Of a stretch of DNA of 64,000 nucleotides, positions 9,618-18,185 are shown in pieces. The notes under the pieces were generated by a model that did no database searches, was not told the origin of the DNA, and saw only the letters and a list, made by a program, of their open reading frames with translations. Position 1 is the first letter of the stretch; each line of letters begins with the position of its first letter. A program made the position numbers and the translations under genes. Source of the DNA: an uncultured Chlorobiota bacterium (GTDB lineage: Bacteria > Bacteroidota > Bacteroidia > Bacteroidales > JAADGE01). The DNA lies in NCBI GenBank assembly GCA_947311255.1, contig CAMZKL010000005.1, forward strand, positions 19,897 to 83,896, in the 5' to 3' direction.

Positions 9618-11087
9618 CTATAATTCTTTTCTTAAACGAGCTACTAAAACATCCAACTGTTCTCTATACTTTGCAACTGTACGTCTTGCAATTTTATAAC
9701 CTTTTTCTTGTAGTATTTTTGCAAGTTTTTCATCTGTTAGAGGTTTTTTCTTATCTTCATTATCAATACATTCTTGAAGTATTCTTTTAATTTCTCTTGT
9801 TGAAACAGTTTCGCCATCTTGGGTTTCCATTCCTTCTGAAAAGAAAAACTTAAGAGGTAAAATTCCAAAATGAGTTTGAATATATTTACTGTTAGCAACT
9901 CTTGAGATTGTAGAAATATCAAGATTTGTAATTTCGGCAATATCTTTTAAAATCATTGGTCTCAGTTTAGTTTCATCTCCATCAATAAAATATTCTTTTT
10001 GAAAACCAATTATTGCATTTATTGTTACAAGAAGTGTATTTTGCCTTTGCTTTATTGCTTCAATAAACCATTTAGCAGAATCTAATTTTTGTTGTACAAA
10101 ACTACTCGCTTGTTTTTCAGATTTTGTAGATTTTTCTTTACTGTCTCTCATTCCTTTCAACATATCCTTATATGTTTTACTAACACGTAACATAGGGACA
10201 TTTCGAGCATTTAAAGAGACCATAGCTTCTCCATCAACAACTTTTAATATGAAATCCGGAGTAATTTGTTGTGCTGTTTTATTTAATGATGAAGAAAAGT
10301 TGCTGCCGGGCTTAGGATTTAATTTAACAATTATATTTATTGCTTCTTTCAATTCATCATCCGAAATTTCCATTTTCTTTGTTATTTTAGAATAATGTTT
10401 TTTTGAAAACTCATCAAAATAGTTAGAAACTATAGTCTTAGCATTTAAAAATGCTACTGAATTTTCTTTATCCGGATTTATTGACTTTTCAATTTGTAAT
10501 AATAAAGTCTCTTGTAAGCTTCTTGCTCCTACTCCAACAGGTTCTAAATCTTGAACTATTTTAAGTGCATTTTCTAAATCTTCAATTGCAACTGTAATAT
10601 TCTGAGTAAATGCTAAATCATCAACAATATTTTCTAAATCACGTCTTAAATACCCAGCACTATCTAAACTGCCGATTAAATATTTTGCTAAAACTTCTTC
10701 TTGGGCACTTATCTTCTTTAGTCTTAATTGTTCGTTTAGATGTTCCGGCAAAGTAAATCCTTCGGAATATGGTATGTCAACGACTTTGTCATCTTTTGAA
10801 TAATTGCTAATATTTAGTTTGTAATCCGGTATATCATCATCGTTCAAATAATCATCAATTGAAAATTCATCATCATATTCATTTTCTTTTTCTTCATTTT
10901 CATTTTCAGGTTCATCGTCAGAATATTCATCTTGTGGGTTACCTTCTTCTAATGTAGGGTTTTCTTCAATTTCTTTTTTAATTCTTTGTTCTAATTGCAA
11001 AGTCGGAAGTTCCAACAATTTTATTAGTTGAATTTGTTGAGGAGATAATCTCTGCAACATTTTTTGATTTAGACTTTGTTTGAGCAT
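9618..11087 (-). CDS. rpoN: RNA polymerase sigma-54 factor RpoN
   Basis: N-terminal LSPQQIQLIKLLELPTLQLEQ, an acidic linker, and the C-terminal RpoN box ARRTVAKYREQL. Confidence 0.95.
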   Translation of the reverse strand: MLKQSLNQKMLQRLSPQQIQLIKLLELPTLQLEQRIKKEIEENPTLEEGNPQDEYSDDEPENENEEKENEYDDEFSIDDYLNDDDIPDYKLNISNYSKDDKVVDIPYSEGFTLPEHLNEQLRLKKISAQEEVLAKYLIGSLDSAGYLRRDLENIVDDLAFTQNITVAIEDLENALKIVQDLEPVGVGARSLQETLLLQIEKSINPDKENSVAFLNAKTIVSNYFDEFSKKHYSKITKKMEISDDELKEAINIIVKLNPKPGSNFSSSLNKTAQQITPDFILKVVDGEAMVSLNARNVPMLRVSKTYKDMLKGMRDSKEKSTKSEKQASSFVQQKLDSAKWFIEAIKQRQNTLLVTINAIIGFQKEYFIDGDETKLRPMILKDIAEITNLDISTISRVANSKYIQTHFGILPLKFFFSEGMETQDGETVSTREIKRILQECIDNEDKKKPLTDEKLAKILQEKGYKIARRTVAKYREQLDVLVARLRKEL

Positions 11088-11113
11088 TAAAAAAAATTAG
11101 AATGTTTATTATA

Positions 11114-11121
11114 CAAAAATA
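11114..11121 (-). promoter_or_regulatory. candidate -7 box (rc TATTTTTG) for rpoN
   Basis: CAAAAATA on the + strand is TAnnTTTG on the - strand, 26 bp upstream of the rpoN ATG. Confidence 0.4.
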
Positions 11122-11141
11122 AGAATATTTTTTGTTTTGCA

Positions 11142-12713
11142 TTATATTTTTTCTGGGTAACCTGTAATATTTCTTATTTCATGATACAAAGGTTGAAGTT
11201 TTTTATACATACGTTTATAAATTTTATTATATAAATTGTTATATATTTTACTTACTTCTTGATTTGGAGTATATGTTTCTGATACTCTACACATAAATTT
11301 CACAGCAGTTTTATAATCAGGATAATATTTCATACCTACTGCTGCACTTATTGCTGCCCCCAATGCAGAAGTTTCGTGAGTATGAGGCTTTTCAACGGGA
11401 ATATTAAAAATATCAGATGTCAGTTGTAATACATTTTTATTTTGCGAACCTCCTCCGGAAATTAATAACTTCTTTATTTTAACTTTTGTTCGTTTTTCTG
11501 TCCTTTGCAAACCATCTTTTAAAGAATATGCTAATCCTTCAATTATTGAGCGATAAATATGTGCCCTTGTGTGCACATCACCAAATCCAATAATTGCTCC
11601 TTTTGCTTCTGTTCCAGGAATTTTTACACCTGGCGACCAATATGGTTGCAGTGTTAGCCCCATTGAACCAGGGGGAACTTCATCAATTAACTTATCGAAT
11701 AATTCTTCAGGATTTTTACCTTGTTCTTTTGCTTGAATTGTTTCTAAATGTCCACATTGTTTTTTAAACCAATCAACCATCCAGAAACCTCTGTATATCA
11801 TTATTTCTGTATTAAAATAGTTAGGTACTGCACTCGGATACGGCGGAAAAAACCTTATTATTTCTTTATATTTTTTCATCGTTGTTTGTACTGTTGCAGT
11901 TGTTCCATAACTGAGACAGGCAACATTATCTTCAATAACACCAGAGCCTAAAACTTCTGATGCTTTGTCGGAAGCTGCTGCAAAAAGAGGCAAACCCACA
12001 GGTATTCCTGTTTCTTTTGATGCTTCTGTACTAATATGTGCCAATATTTCGGAAGGTTTTACAAGTTCGGGCAACATTGATTGTTCAACAGGAAACATTT
12101 TATAATTTCTGTGAGTCTTGGAGGTCCATTCTTTTTTCTTATAATCAAAAGGCATATATCCAACAATGTTCCCAATAGAGTCTTTAAATTTGCCCGTTAG
12201 TTTATATGTTAAATATCCCGAAAGAAATAAATACTTATCAGTTTTCTTCCATATTTCTTTTTGATTTTGCATTATCCAATTGCATTCTGCATTTTTAACA
12301 GCGTGTATTACAGATTCTTTCATATTTACAATACGCAGTATTAACATATCTAATCTTGAAAGTTTATTTGTCTTTTTTGCTTGCCTTTGGTCTAACCAAA
12401 TTATTGCAGGTCGAAGAGGCTTACCGAATTTATCTAAATTAATAACAGTTCCTCGTTGGGTTGTTAGCGTAACCGCTACAATTCTTTCTTTATATTCCAA
12501 ATTTTTAGAAAGAAGTTTTTGGCTTGTTTCTGAAAGTTTTTCCCAGAAATATTCCGGATTTTGTTCTGCCCAGCCAGGCTTATTTGAAAAAAAAGCCTTT
12601 ATTTTTGTTTTAACAATATCAACAATATTTCCTTTTAGATTAAATAATACTGCTCTAACAGATTGTGTTCCTGCATCTATTGAAAGAATTAAATCTGTCT
12701 TTTTTTTTTGCAT
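11142..12713 (-). CDS. FGGY-family carbohydrate kinase
   Basis: N-terminal LSIDAGTQSVRAVLF and C-terminal ISGGGSQNKNVLQLTSDIFNIPV are FGGY signatures. Confidence 0.9.
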   Translation of the reverse strand: MQKKKTDLILSIDAGTQSVRAVLFNLKGNIVDIVKTKIKAFFSNKPGWAEQNPEYFWEKLSETSQKLLSKNLEYKERIVAVTLTTQRGTVINLDKFGKPLRPAIIWLDQRQAKKTNKLSRLDMLILRIVNMKESVIHAVKNAECNWIMQNQKEIWKKTDKYLFLSGYLTYKLTGKFKDSIGNIVGYMPFDYKKKEWTSKTHRNYKMFPVEQSMLPELVKPSEILAHISTEASKETGIPVGLPLFAAASDKASEVLGSGVIEDNVACLSYGTTATVQTTMKKYKEIIRFFPPYPSAVPNYFNTEIMIYRGFWMVDWFKKQCGHLETIQAKEQGKNPEELFDKLIDEVPPGSMGLTLQPYWSPGVKIPGTEAKGAIIGFGDVHTRAHIYRSIIEGLAYSLKDGLQRTEKRTKVKIKKLLISGGGSQNKNVLQLTSDIFNIPVEKPHTHETSALGAAISAAVGMKYYPDYKTAVKFMCRVSETYTPNQEVSKIYNNLYNKIYKRMYKKLQPLYHEIRNITGYPEKI

Positions 12714-12765
12714 ACTATGTATCTTTTATACAAAGATAGTATTTTACTTTTGTTTTGAAACAGGA

Positions 12766-12798
12766 CATAAAAAAACCTACAAATTAAATTGCAGGTTT
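12766..12798 (-). terminator. rho-independent terminator after add
   Basis: On the - strand: AAACCTGCAA-loop-TTGTAGGTTT followed by T7. Confidence 0.65.
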
Positions 12799-12829
12799 CT
12801 AATATTTTTATTGCATTATTTACAATATT

Positions 12830-13888
12830 CTACATATAATCGTTAACAATCTTTAAACCTTTATCTTCAAGTTCTTTCATTACTTTTTTAATTAGTGTAA
12901 CTTTTTTATTGTGAGGCAAAAAAGCTGATTTAAATCCATTAATTATCAGATACTTAATCTCAGGTGCAGTAAAGCCAAATTCTTTAACTGCGAGCCAATA
13001 TTCATCGGTTAATGTTGTTCCGGAGATTAATCTGTTATCTGTATTTAAAGTTACTCTCAATCCGTAATTGAAATAAAATTTAACCGGATGGCTTTTCAAA
13101 TTTTTGACAGCTTTGGTTTGTACATTTGAAGTTATACACATTTCAAGAGGAATTCTGTGGTCATTTATATAATTTAACAGATCTCCATCTTCTCTGAGCC
13201 TAGTTCCGTGTCCTATTCTGTTCGCATTTATAAAATGTAAAGCCTGATGAATAGATTCTGGACCATATGCTTCTCCGGCATGTGCTGTTGTATTAATATT
13301 ATTATTCACAATTAAATAAAATGCTTCTTTATGGTCTTTGGCAGGAAAATTTTCTTCGGCACCTGCTAAATCAAAACCTACAACACCTGAGTTTTTATAT
13401 GCTACAGACAATTCTGCTAGTGTTAATGATTTGGCTGGGGAAAAATGTCTTAATCCGCAAACAATAATTCCAATAATTATATCGAATTTCTTTTCTGCTT
13501 GTTCCTTGCCTTCAAGAACAGCATCAATAACATCTGTTAGGGTCAATCCTTTATCTGTATGTAATATTGGAGAGAATCTTATTTCTAAATATCTTACATT
13601 TTCTGCTGCATTATCTTCTGCCAATTCATAAGTTGCTCTTCTCAATGACTCGTGCGTTTGCATAACAGAAGTTGTTACATCAAATGCTTTTAAATAATCT
13701 ACCAAACTATCGCACCATGTTCCGGCCTTTAAATAATGTTCTAATTTCTTGGGATCATCTTCCGGAAGTTTTACTTTTTGTTTTTTTGCAAGTTCAATAA
13801 TTGTTTCTACCCGCATTGAGCCGTCAAGATGGCAATGAAGTTCAGCTTTGGGTAAGCTGTGTAAGAATTCTTTTGTTAATTTCTTCAT
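12830..13888 (-). CDS. add: adenosine deaminase
   Basis: LHCHLDGS, TAHAGE and NTDN motifs of the adenosine/AMP deaminase fold. Confidence 0.9.
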   Translation of the reverse strand: MKKLTKEFLHSLPKAELHCHLDGSMRVETIIELAKKQKVKLPEDDPKKLEHYLKAGTWCDSLVDYLKAFDVTTSVMQTHESLRRATYELAEDNAAENVRYLEIRFSPILHTDKGLTLTDVIDAVLEGKEQAEKKFDIIIGIIVCGLRHFSPAKSLTLAELSVAYKNSGVVGFDLAGAEENFPAKDHKEAFYLIVNNNINTTAHAGEAYGPESIHQALHFINANRIGHGTRLREDGDLLNYINDHRIPLEMCITSNVQTKAVKNLKSHPVKFYFNYGLRVTLNTDNRLISGTTLTDEYWLAVKEFGFTAPEIKYLIINGFKSAFLPHNKKVTLIKKVMKELEDKGLKIVNDYM

Positions 13889-13915
13889 ATCTATTTATTT
13901 TTGAAGGGTATTTTT

Positions 13916-13957
13916 ATAAAAAATCTCATCAGCGAAAGAAAAATAGCTGTTGAGATT
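13916..13957 (-). terminator. rho-independent terminator after yaaA
   Basis: 12-bp stem AATCTCA(T/A)CAGC with one mismatch and a 12-nt loop, followed by a T-run on the - strand. Confidence 0.55.
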
Positions 13958-14015
13958 GGTATGACATTTTGTTCATATTAAAATACAAAATTACGAAAAA
14001 TATTTAAGTTTAGTG

Positions 14016-14777
14016 CTATCTTGTAAAAATATATTCATTTTCATTTGATAATTCATGGTTAAAATTATAGTTTTCATAATCAAAACCTTTTAAATCTTCA
14101 TAGTTTTTAAGTTTATTTTTTATAATGTATCTGCACATCAAACCTCTTGCTTTTTTTGCATAAACGCTTATGTTTTTATAAGTCCCGTTTTTGTTTTCTT
14201 TAAAAACAGGGGTTATTATTTTTGCTTTTAAAAATTTAGTATTAACTGCTTTAAAATACTCATTTGATGCTAAATTTATAAGAATTTTTTTGTTTTGCTC
14301 AGCAAGCTCTTCATTAATTTTGTTTGAAAGTTTACTACCCCAAAACTCATATAAATTGTTGGAACTTTCAGTTTTTAACTTAGTACCCATTTCTAATCTA
14401 TATGGAAGAATAATATCAAAAGGTTTTAAAATTCCATATAAACCTGAAAGCATTCTTAAATGTTTCTGAGCAAACTCAAAATCTTGTTTTGAAAAAGTTT
14501 TTGCATCCATTCCTTGATATGCGTGTCCTTGGAACATCAGTAAAGCATGTCCTTTTTCTTCACTTTCAAAAGGATATTGCCATTTCATGTTTCTTTCAAA
14601 ATTTAATTCGGCTAGGTTTGGGCTTATGTTCATTAATTCAGACAAATCTTTGGGACTTAGCTCTTTAATATATTTCATAAGTTCTTTGCTTTCTTTTTGA
14701 AAATCTATTTCAGTAGATTTTACATCTTTTATTGAACCTGTTTTTATCTTTTTTGCGGGGGAAATTATTATTATCAT
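14016..14777 (-). CDS. yaaA: peroxide stress protein YaaA (DUF328/UPF0246)
   Basis: From ATG 14777 the protein starts MIIIISPAKK, the family-typical N-terminus. The track ORF extends 25 aa further to ATG 14852, and a TAnnTTTG box at 14896-14903 sits upstream of both starts. Confidence 0.8.
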   Translation of the reverse strand: MIIIISPAKKIKTGSIKDVKSTEIDFQKESKELMKYIKELSPKDLSELMNISPNLAELNFERNMKWQYPFESEEKGHALLMFQGHAYQGMDAKTFSKQDFEFAQKHLRMLSGLYGILKPFDIILPYRLEMGTKLKTESSNNLYEFWGSKLSNKINEELAEQNKKILINLASNEYFKAVNTKFLKAKIITPVFKENKNGTYKNISVYAKKARGLMCRYIIKNKLKNYEDLKGFDYENYNFNHELSNENEYIFTR

Positions 14778-15023
14778 TGTGTTTGTGTTATATGTAAATT
14801 TTATAATATGTTTTATATGAAATGATTTTAAAGTTGTCAGTATCAGCCTCATCTATTTATTCTTAGCATATAGTAAAAATATTTCTTACATAAAACAAAT
14901 TTACTTTTGCCAAGTATTAAATCCTCTTTCTATTTTAAAACTTTATATTTTATTGAAGATTAAAAACTCATAACGAAATTCTAATACAAAAAGTGGGTTT
15001 CAGAAATACAAAGTTATGATTTT

Positions 15024-15695
15024 TTACAAATATTTCAACATAATACCTTTTCCTCTGTATGATTTTATTTCAATAGATTTATCTTTTCTGAAATATTTAC
15101 GAAGTCGTGAAATAAATACGTCCATGCTTCTACCGGTAAAGTAGTCTGCTTCATTCCAAAGCTCATTTAGAATTATTTCTCTCTCTGTTATTTTATTTTT
15201 ATTTTTTAACAAGACTGTTAGCAAGTCAGCTTCCAAAACAGTTAAAATTAATGTTTCGTTTTCAAATAATAATTCTAAAGTTTCAGGAAAAAACTTGTAT
15301 TTTCCTATATTATGAACATTTACATCTACTTTTTTAGAGCGTAGCAGAATATTATTTATTCTCAGCAATAATTCTTCAGCTTCAAAAGGTTTTGTTATGT
15401 AATCATCGGCACCTATTTTTAATCCTTTTATTACGTCATCTTTTAAATTTTTTGCAGTAAGGAAAAGGAAAGGCATTTTTGAGTTTTTATTTTTAATTTT
15501 TTGTGCGAGTTCAAAGCCGTCAAGTTTAGGCATCATAACATCTAAAATGCAAAAATCAACTTCATTTTCTTGAAAAAAAAGCCATGCTTCTTCACCGTTT
15601 TCTTTATGGAAAACTTCAAAATTACTTATTTCGAGATATTTTTTTAGTATATATCCGAAATCTTTGTCGTCTTCTGCTAGGAGTATTTTGATCAT
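15024..15695 (-). CDS. OmpR/PhoB-type response regulator
   Basis: Receiver domain (ILLAEDD...ILDVMMPKLDG...LTAK) plus a winged-helix C-terminus (FISRLRKY). Confidence 0.9.
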   Translation of the reverse strand: MIKILLAEDDKDFGYILKKYLEISNFEVFHKENGEEAWLFFQENEVDFCILDVMMPKLDGFELAQKIKNKNSKMPFLFLTAKNLKDDVIKGLKIGADDYITKPFEAEELLLRINNILLRSKKVDVNVHNIGKYKFFPETLELLFENETLILTVLEADLLTVLLKNKNKITEREIILNELWNEADYFTGRSMDVFISRLRKYFRKDKSIEIKSYRGKGIMLKYL

Positions 15696-15738
15696 ATTTT
15701 TTTTGTTGTTGGCGGTTGGTGGTTAGCTTTTGGCACTT

Positions 15739-15777
15739 GGCTTTTAGCTAGTTGTTAATCGCTAACAGCTAAAAGCC
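15739..15777. repeat. GC-rich intercistronic hairpin between the histidine kinase and response regulator genes
   Basis: Perfect 11-bp inverted repeat GGCTTTTAGCT...AGCTAAAAGCC with a 17-nt loop, starting immediately after the kinase stop codon. Confidence 0.6.
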
Positions 15778-17166
15778 TTATTTCAATTTAATTATAAACT
15801 TTGTTCCTACATTAACTTTACTTTCAAAACTAATTGTTCCTTTATGTAATTCAATAATTTTTTTCGTAAAAAACAAACCTATCCCTAAACCTTTTACATT
15901 ATGAATATTACCTTTCAGTCCTCTGTAAAATTTATCAAAAATCATTTTTTTATCTTTATCTGAAATTCCTTGCCCATTGTCTTTAATTTCAATTTGTAAA
16001 TAATTATTTTTTTCATAAACTTTAATTGAAACAATTTTCTCTGTTTTATTGTTGTATTTTATTGCATTATCTAGAACATTCACAATTGCAGGTGCTAAAT
16101 ATGTTTCATCAATATTGATAAAATAGTTTTTTTTTTCTTTAAATTCATAAATAAAATAAACAGTCTCATTATTAATTGATTGCTTAAAGTCATTAATTAA
16201 AGATAAGAAAAACTTATTTGCATCTGTTTTTACAAGTTGTATATCAATAGCATTATTAAAGCTATTATCAAGAACTCTTTCAGTAATTTTTTGCAATCTA
16301 CTAGCCTGATTTTCAATAATTTGAACCGTTTTGTTTTCAGAAATAGATTTGCCTTGTTTAAGTGTTGAAATTGCAACTTTCAGTGTAGCAATTGGTGTTT
16401 TTAATTCGTGAGTTATGTTATTTACAAAGTCTGTTTTAATTTCTGAAAGTTGTTTTTGTTTTAAAATTACTTTAATGGTTATTATAAAAGTTGCAAGAAT
16501 AATTAAAGTAAAAAGCACAGACATAAACAGCAAATAAATAACAGATTTATAGAAATATTTTGAACTTTCGGGAAAGTATAAAAGCAAAAAATAATTTTTA
16601 TCAGATAAATCATTTGTAAACAGATTTGCTTTGAATTTTGTATTAATATTTTTTTTATTAAATTTTTTAGATTTATATTTTATAAGTGTATCGTTTTGTA
16701 CAACTGCAAATTCATAATTTAAATCAATTCCTGTATTTAAAAGCTCATTTTCTATAATTGTGTCTAACAAATTCAAATTTAACCTTTCCAAAGGATTTTT
16801 ATTTGTTTCAATTTCTATTTGTAATTTTTTAAAAATTTTATCTAAATCAGTAATTTTATTGGTTTTAGCACTATCATTAGTATTTAATGCAAAAACAGTA
16901 ACTCTTTTCATTTCATTATCATCTGACAAACTAATCATTGTTTCCAAACTTTCGTCAAATTTAAGTAGTTCTGCATTTAGTTTTATAAGAACAGTTTTAG
17001 TTGCTAATTTTGGAATAATGTTTTTAAATGAAGCAAAAACATTCTGTTCAAATTGCTTTTCTTTAATTTTAACAGCATTTTTTACCCACATAATTTGCAC
17101 AACAATAATTCCGCTAAGAGCAATGCTCATTAAAATAATTATTATTATAAAAATTTTCTTCTTCAT
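15778..17166 (-). CDS. sensor histidine kinase
   Basis: Two TM segments, an H-box NITHELKTPIATL, and N and G boxes (DNAIKYN, GLGIGL). Confidence 0.9.
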   Translation of the reverse strand: MKKKIFIIIIILMSIALSGIIVVQIMWVKNAVKIKEKQFEQNVFASFKNIIPKLATKTVLIKLNAELLKFDESLETMISLSDDNEMKRVTVFALNTNDSAKTNKITDLDKIFKKLQIEIETNKNPLERLNLNLLDTIIENELLNTGIDLNYEFAVVQNDTLIKYKSKKFNKKNINTKFKANLFTNDLSDKNYFLLLYFPESSKYFYKSVIYLLFMSVLFTLIILATFIITIKVILKQKQLSEIKTDFVNNITHELKTPIATLKVAISTLKQGKSISENKTVQIIENQASRLQKITERVLDNSFNNAIDIQLVKTDANKFFLSLINDFKQSINNETVYFIYEFKEKKNYFINIDETYLAPAIVNVLDNAIKYNNKTEKIVSIKVYEKNNYLQIEIKDNGQGISDKDKKMIFDKFYRGLKGNIHNVKGLGIGLFFTKKIIELHKGTISFESKVNVGTKFIIKLK

Positions 17167-17196
17167 AACTGCACAAATTTAAACAATTTATATTCT

Positions 17197-17234
17197 CATT
17201 AACAAAGTTTAACCTGCATTAACCTTGCATTAAC
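17197..17234. promoter_or_regulatory. three CATTAAC direct repeats in the divergent TCS / GLPGLI control region
   Basis: CATTAAC at 17197, 17217 and 17228. The last two sit within (C/T)TGCATTAAC units 11 bp apart. Confidence 0.4.
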
Positions 17235-17255
17235 ATAGTTATATTTTTTGCTTTT

Positions 17256-17263
17256 TACTTTTG
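17256..17263 (+). promoter_or_regulatory. candidate -7 box (TACTTTTG) for the GLPGLI gene
   Basis: TAnnTTTG match 22 bp upstream of ATG 17286. Confidence 0.4.
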
Positions 17264-17285
17264 TCTCGATTTTATTAATTAAAAA

Positions 17286-18077
17286 ATGACAATAATGAAA
17301 AAACTAATTTTAATTGGGTTATTACTGATTTTAGTAGCAAGTTTATTTGCTCAAAAACAAACAGGGAGAGTAACTTATTTTTTTAACAGAGATGCAAAAA
17401 TTTCGCTTGGAAACAATATGCCAACAGAACAACAAAAAGCACTTACAGAAATGCTAAAAAAACAATTTCAAAAAACATTTGTTCTTGAATTTTCAGATAG
17501 TAAATCTATTTATTATCAAAAAAAAGAACTCCAAGAAAACACAAAGAGCAATATTAATATTATGATATTTGATGGCACAGCAGGAAAACTATACAAATCA
17601 ACTTCCGAAAAAGAATATCTAAAAACAGATGAAAGCCTCGGTAAACGCTTTTTAATTTCTGATAAATTGCTTAAACCTAACTGGCAACTAATTGACAGCA
17701 CAAAAAAAGTTTTGAATTATATGTGCTACAAAGCAAAATACATAAAAGAGGAAACAGAAGAAAATGACAGCCTTATAAAAACTACTATTGAAGTTTGGTA
17801 TGCTCCTGATATTCCGACAAATACAGGCCCTGATAAACTGTGGGGATTGCCTGGTTTAATTCTTGAAGTGCATGAAGGTAAAGTTTCAATAAGGGCAACA
17901 AAAGTTGAAATAAATGCAGATAATATTGCAATAGAAAAACCTAAGAAGGGTAAGAAAATTTCGCAAGATGAGTTTGATGAAATTCATAAAAAACACATGA
18001 AAAAGGTGAAAGAAATGTATGAAGGAGGCAGACAAAAGGACGATGGAAATACTATTCGGATTAAAATTAGTGGGTAA
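17286..18077 (+). CDS. GLPGLI family protein
   Basis: Signal peptide and the family-defining WGLPGLILEV motif. Confidence 0.85.
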   Translation: MTIMKKLILIGLLLILVASLFAQKQTGRVTYFFNRDAKISLGNNMPTEQQKALTEMLKKQFQKTFVLEFSDSKSIYYQKKELQENTKSNINIMIFDGTAGKLYKSTSEKEYLKTDESLGKRFLISDKLLKPNWQLIDSTKKVLNYMCYKAKYIKEETEENDSLIKTTIEVWYAPDIPTNTGPDKLWGLPGLILEVHEGKVSIRATKVEINADNIAIEKPKKGKKISQDEFDEIHKKHMKKVKEMYEGGRQKDDGNTIRIKISG

Positions 18078-18185
18078 ATAGAAAAGGGATAATACGGATT
18101 TAACAGACTTTCTCTGATAAAATCTGTGATTATTTAATCTATCTGCTTGTGCTTAATTACTTTTTTCTATTATAAAACTAAAAAT

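Noticed and set aside
12700-12709. A T10 run (K-K-K codons) at the start of the FGGY kinase gene, and an A10 run at 54082-54091 in ppx.
   Set aside because: A/T homopolymers of this length are common in a genome this AT-rich. Unlike the G9 tract, they do not go against the compositional bias.
12280-12846. A 188-aa plus-strand ORF.
   Set aside because: It is fully antisense to the FGGY kinase gene and crosses an intergenic terminator into add. Its composition is low-complexity Phe/Ser/Ile-rich, typical of shadow frames. The same reasoning applies to 394-609, 1392-1647, 1855-2571, 3157-3372, 3944-4147, 5239-5433, 6747-7007, 8013-8231, 9737-9940, 11748-11951, 13338-13631 and 14191-14469.
14778-14852. 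A longer YaaA start at ATG 14852.
   Set aside because: The family N-terminus (M-x-I-x-ISPAKK) is recovered from ATG 14777, and the 25-aa extension has no signal or homology features. It is kept only as an alternative, because the only -7 box seen (14896-14903) is upstream of both starts.
16760-17182. A 140-aa plus-strand ORF. Similar antisense ORFs occur at 17516-17701, 19028-19222, 20952-21137, 24441-24695, 27161-27463, 28568-28798, 31346-31588, 31777-32061, 32464-32691, 34526-35168 and 36490-36708.
   Set aside because: All lie inside well-supported genes on the opposite strand. They have no motifs and show shadow-frame composition.
17214-17229. A sigma-54-like -24/-12 spacing (CTGCAT-N5-TTGCA), noted given that rpoN is in the window.
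   Set aside because: The near-invariant GG of the -24 element is TG here. The sequence is better explained as two 11-bp-phased direct repeats. I recognised no enhancer-binding protein gene in the window.
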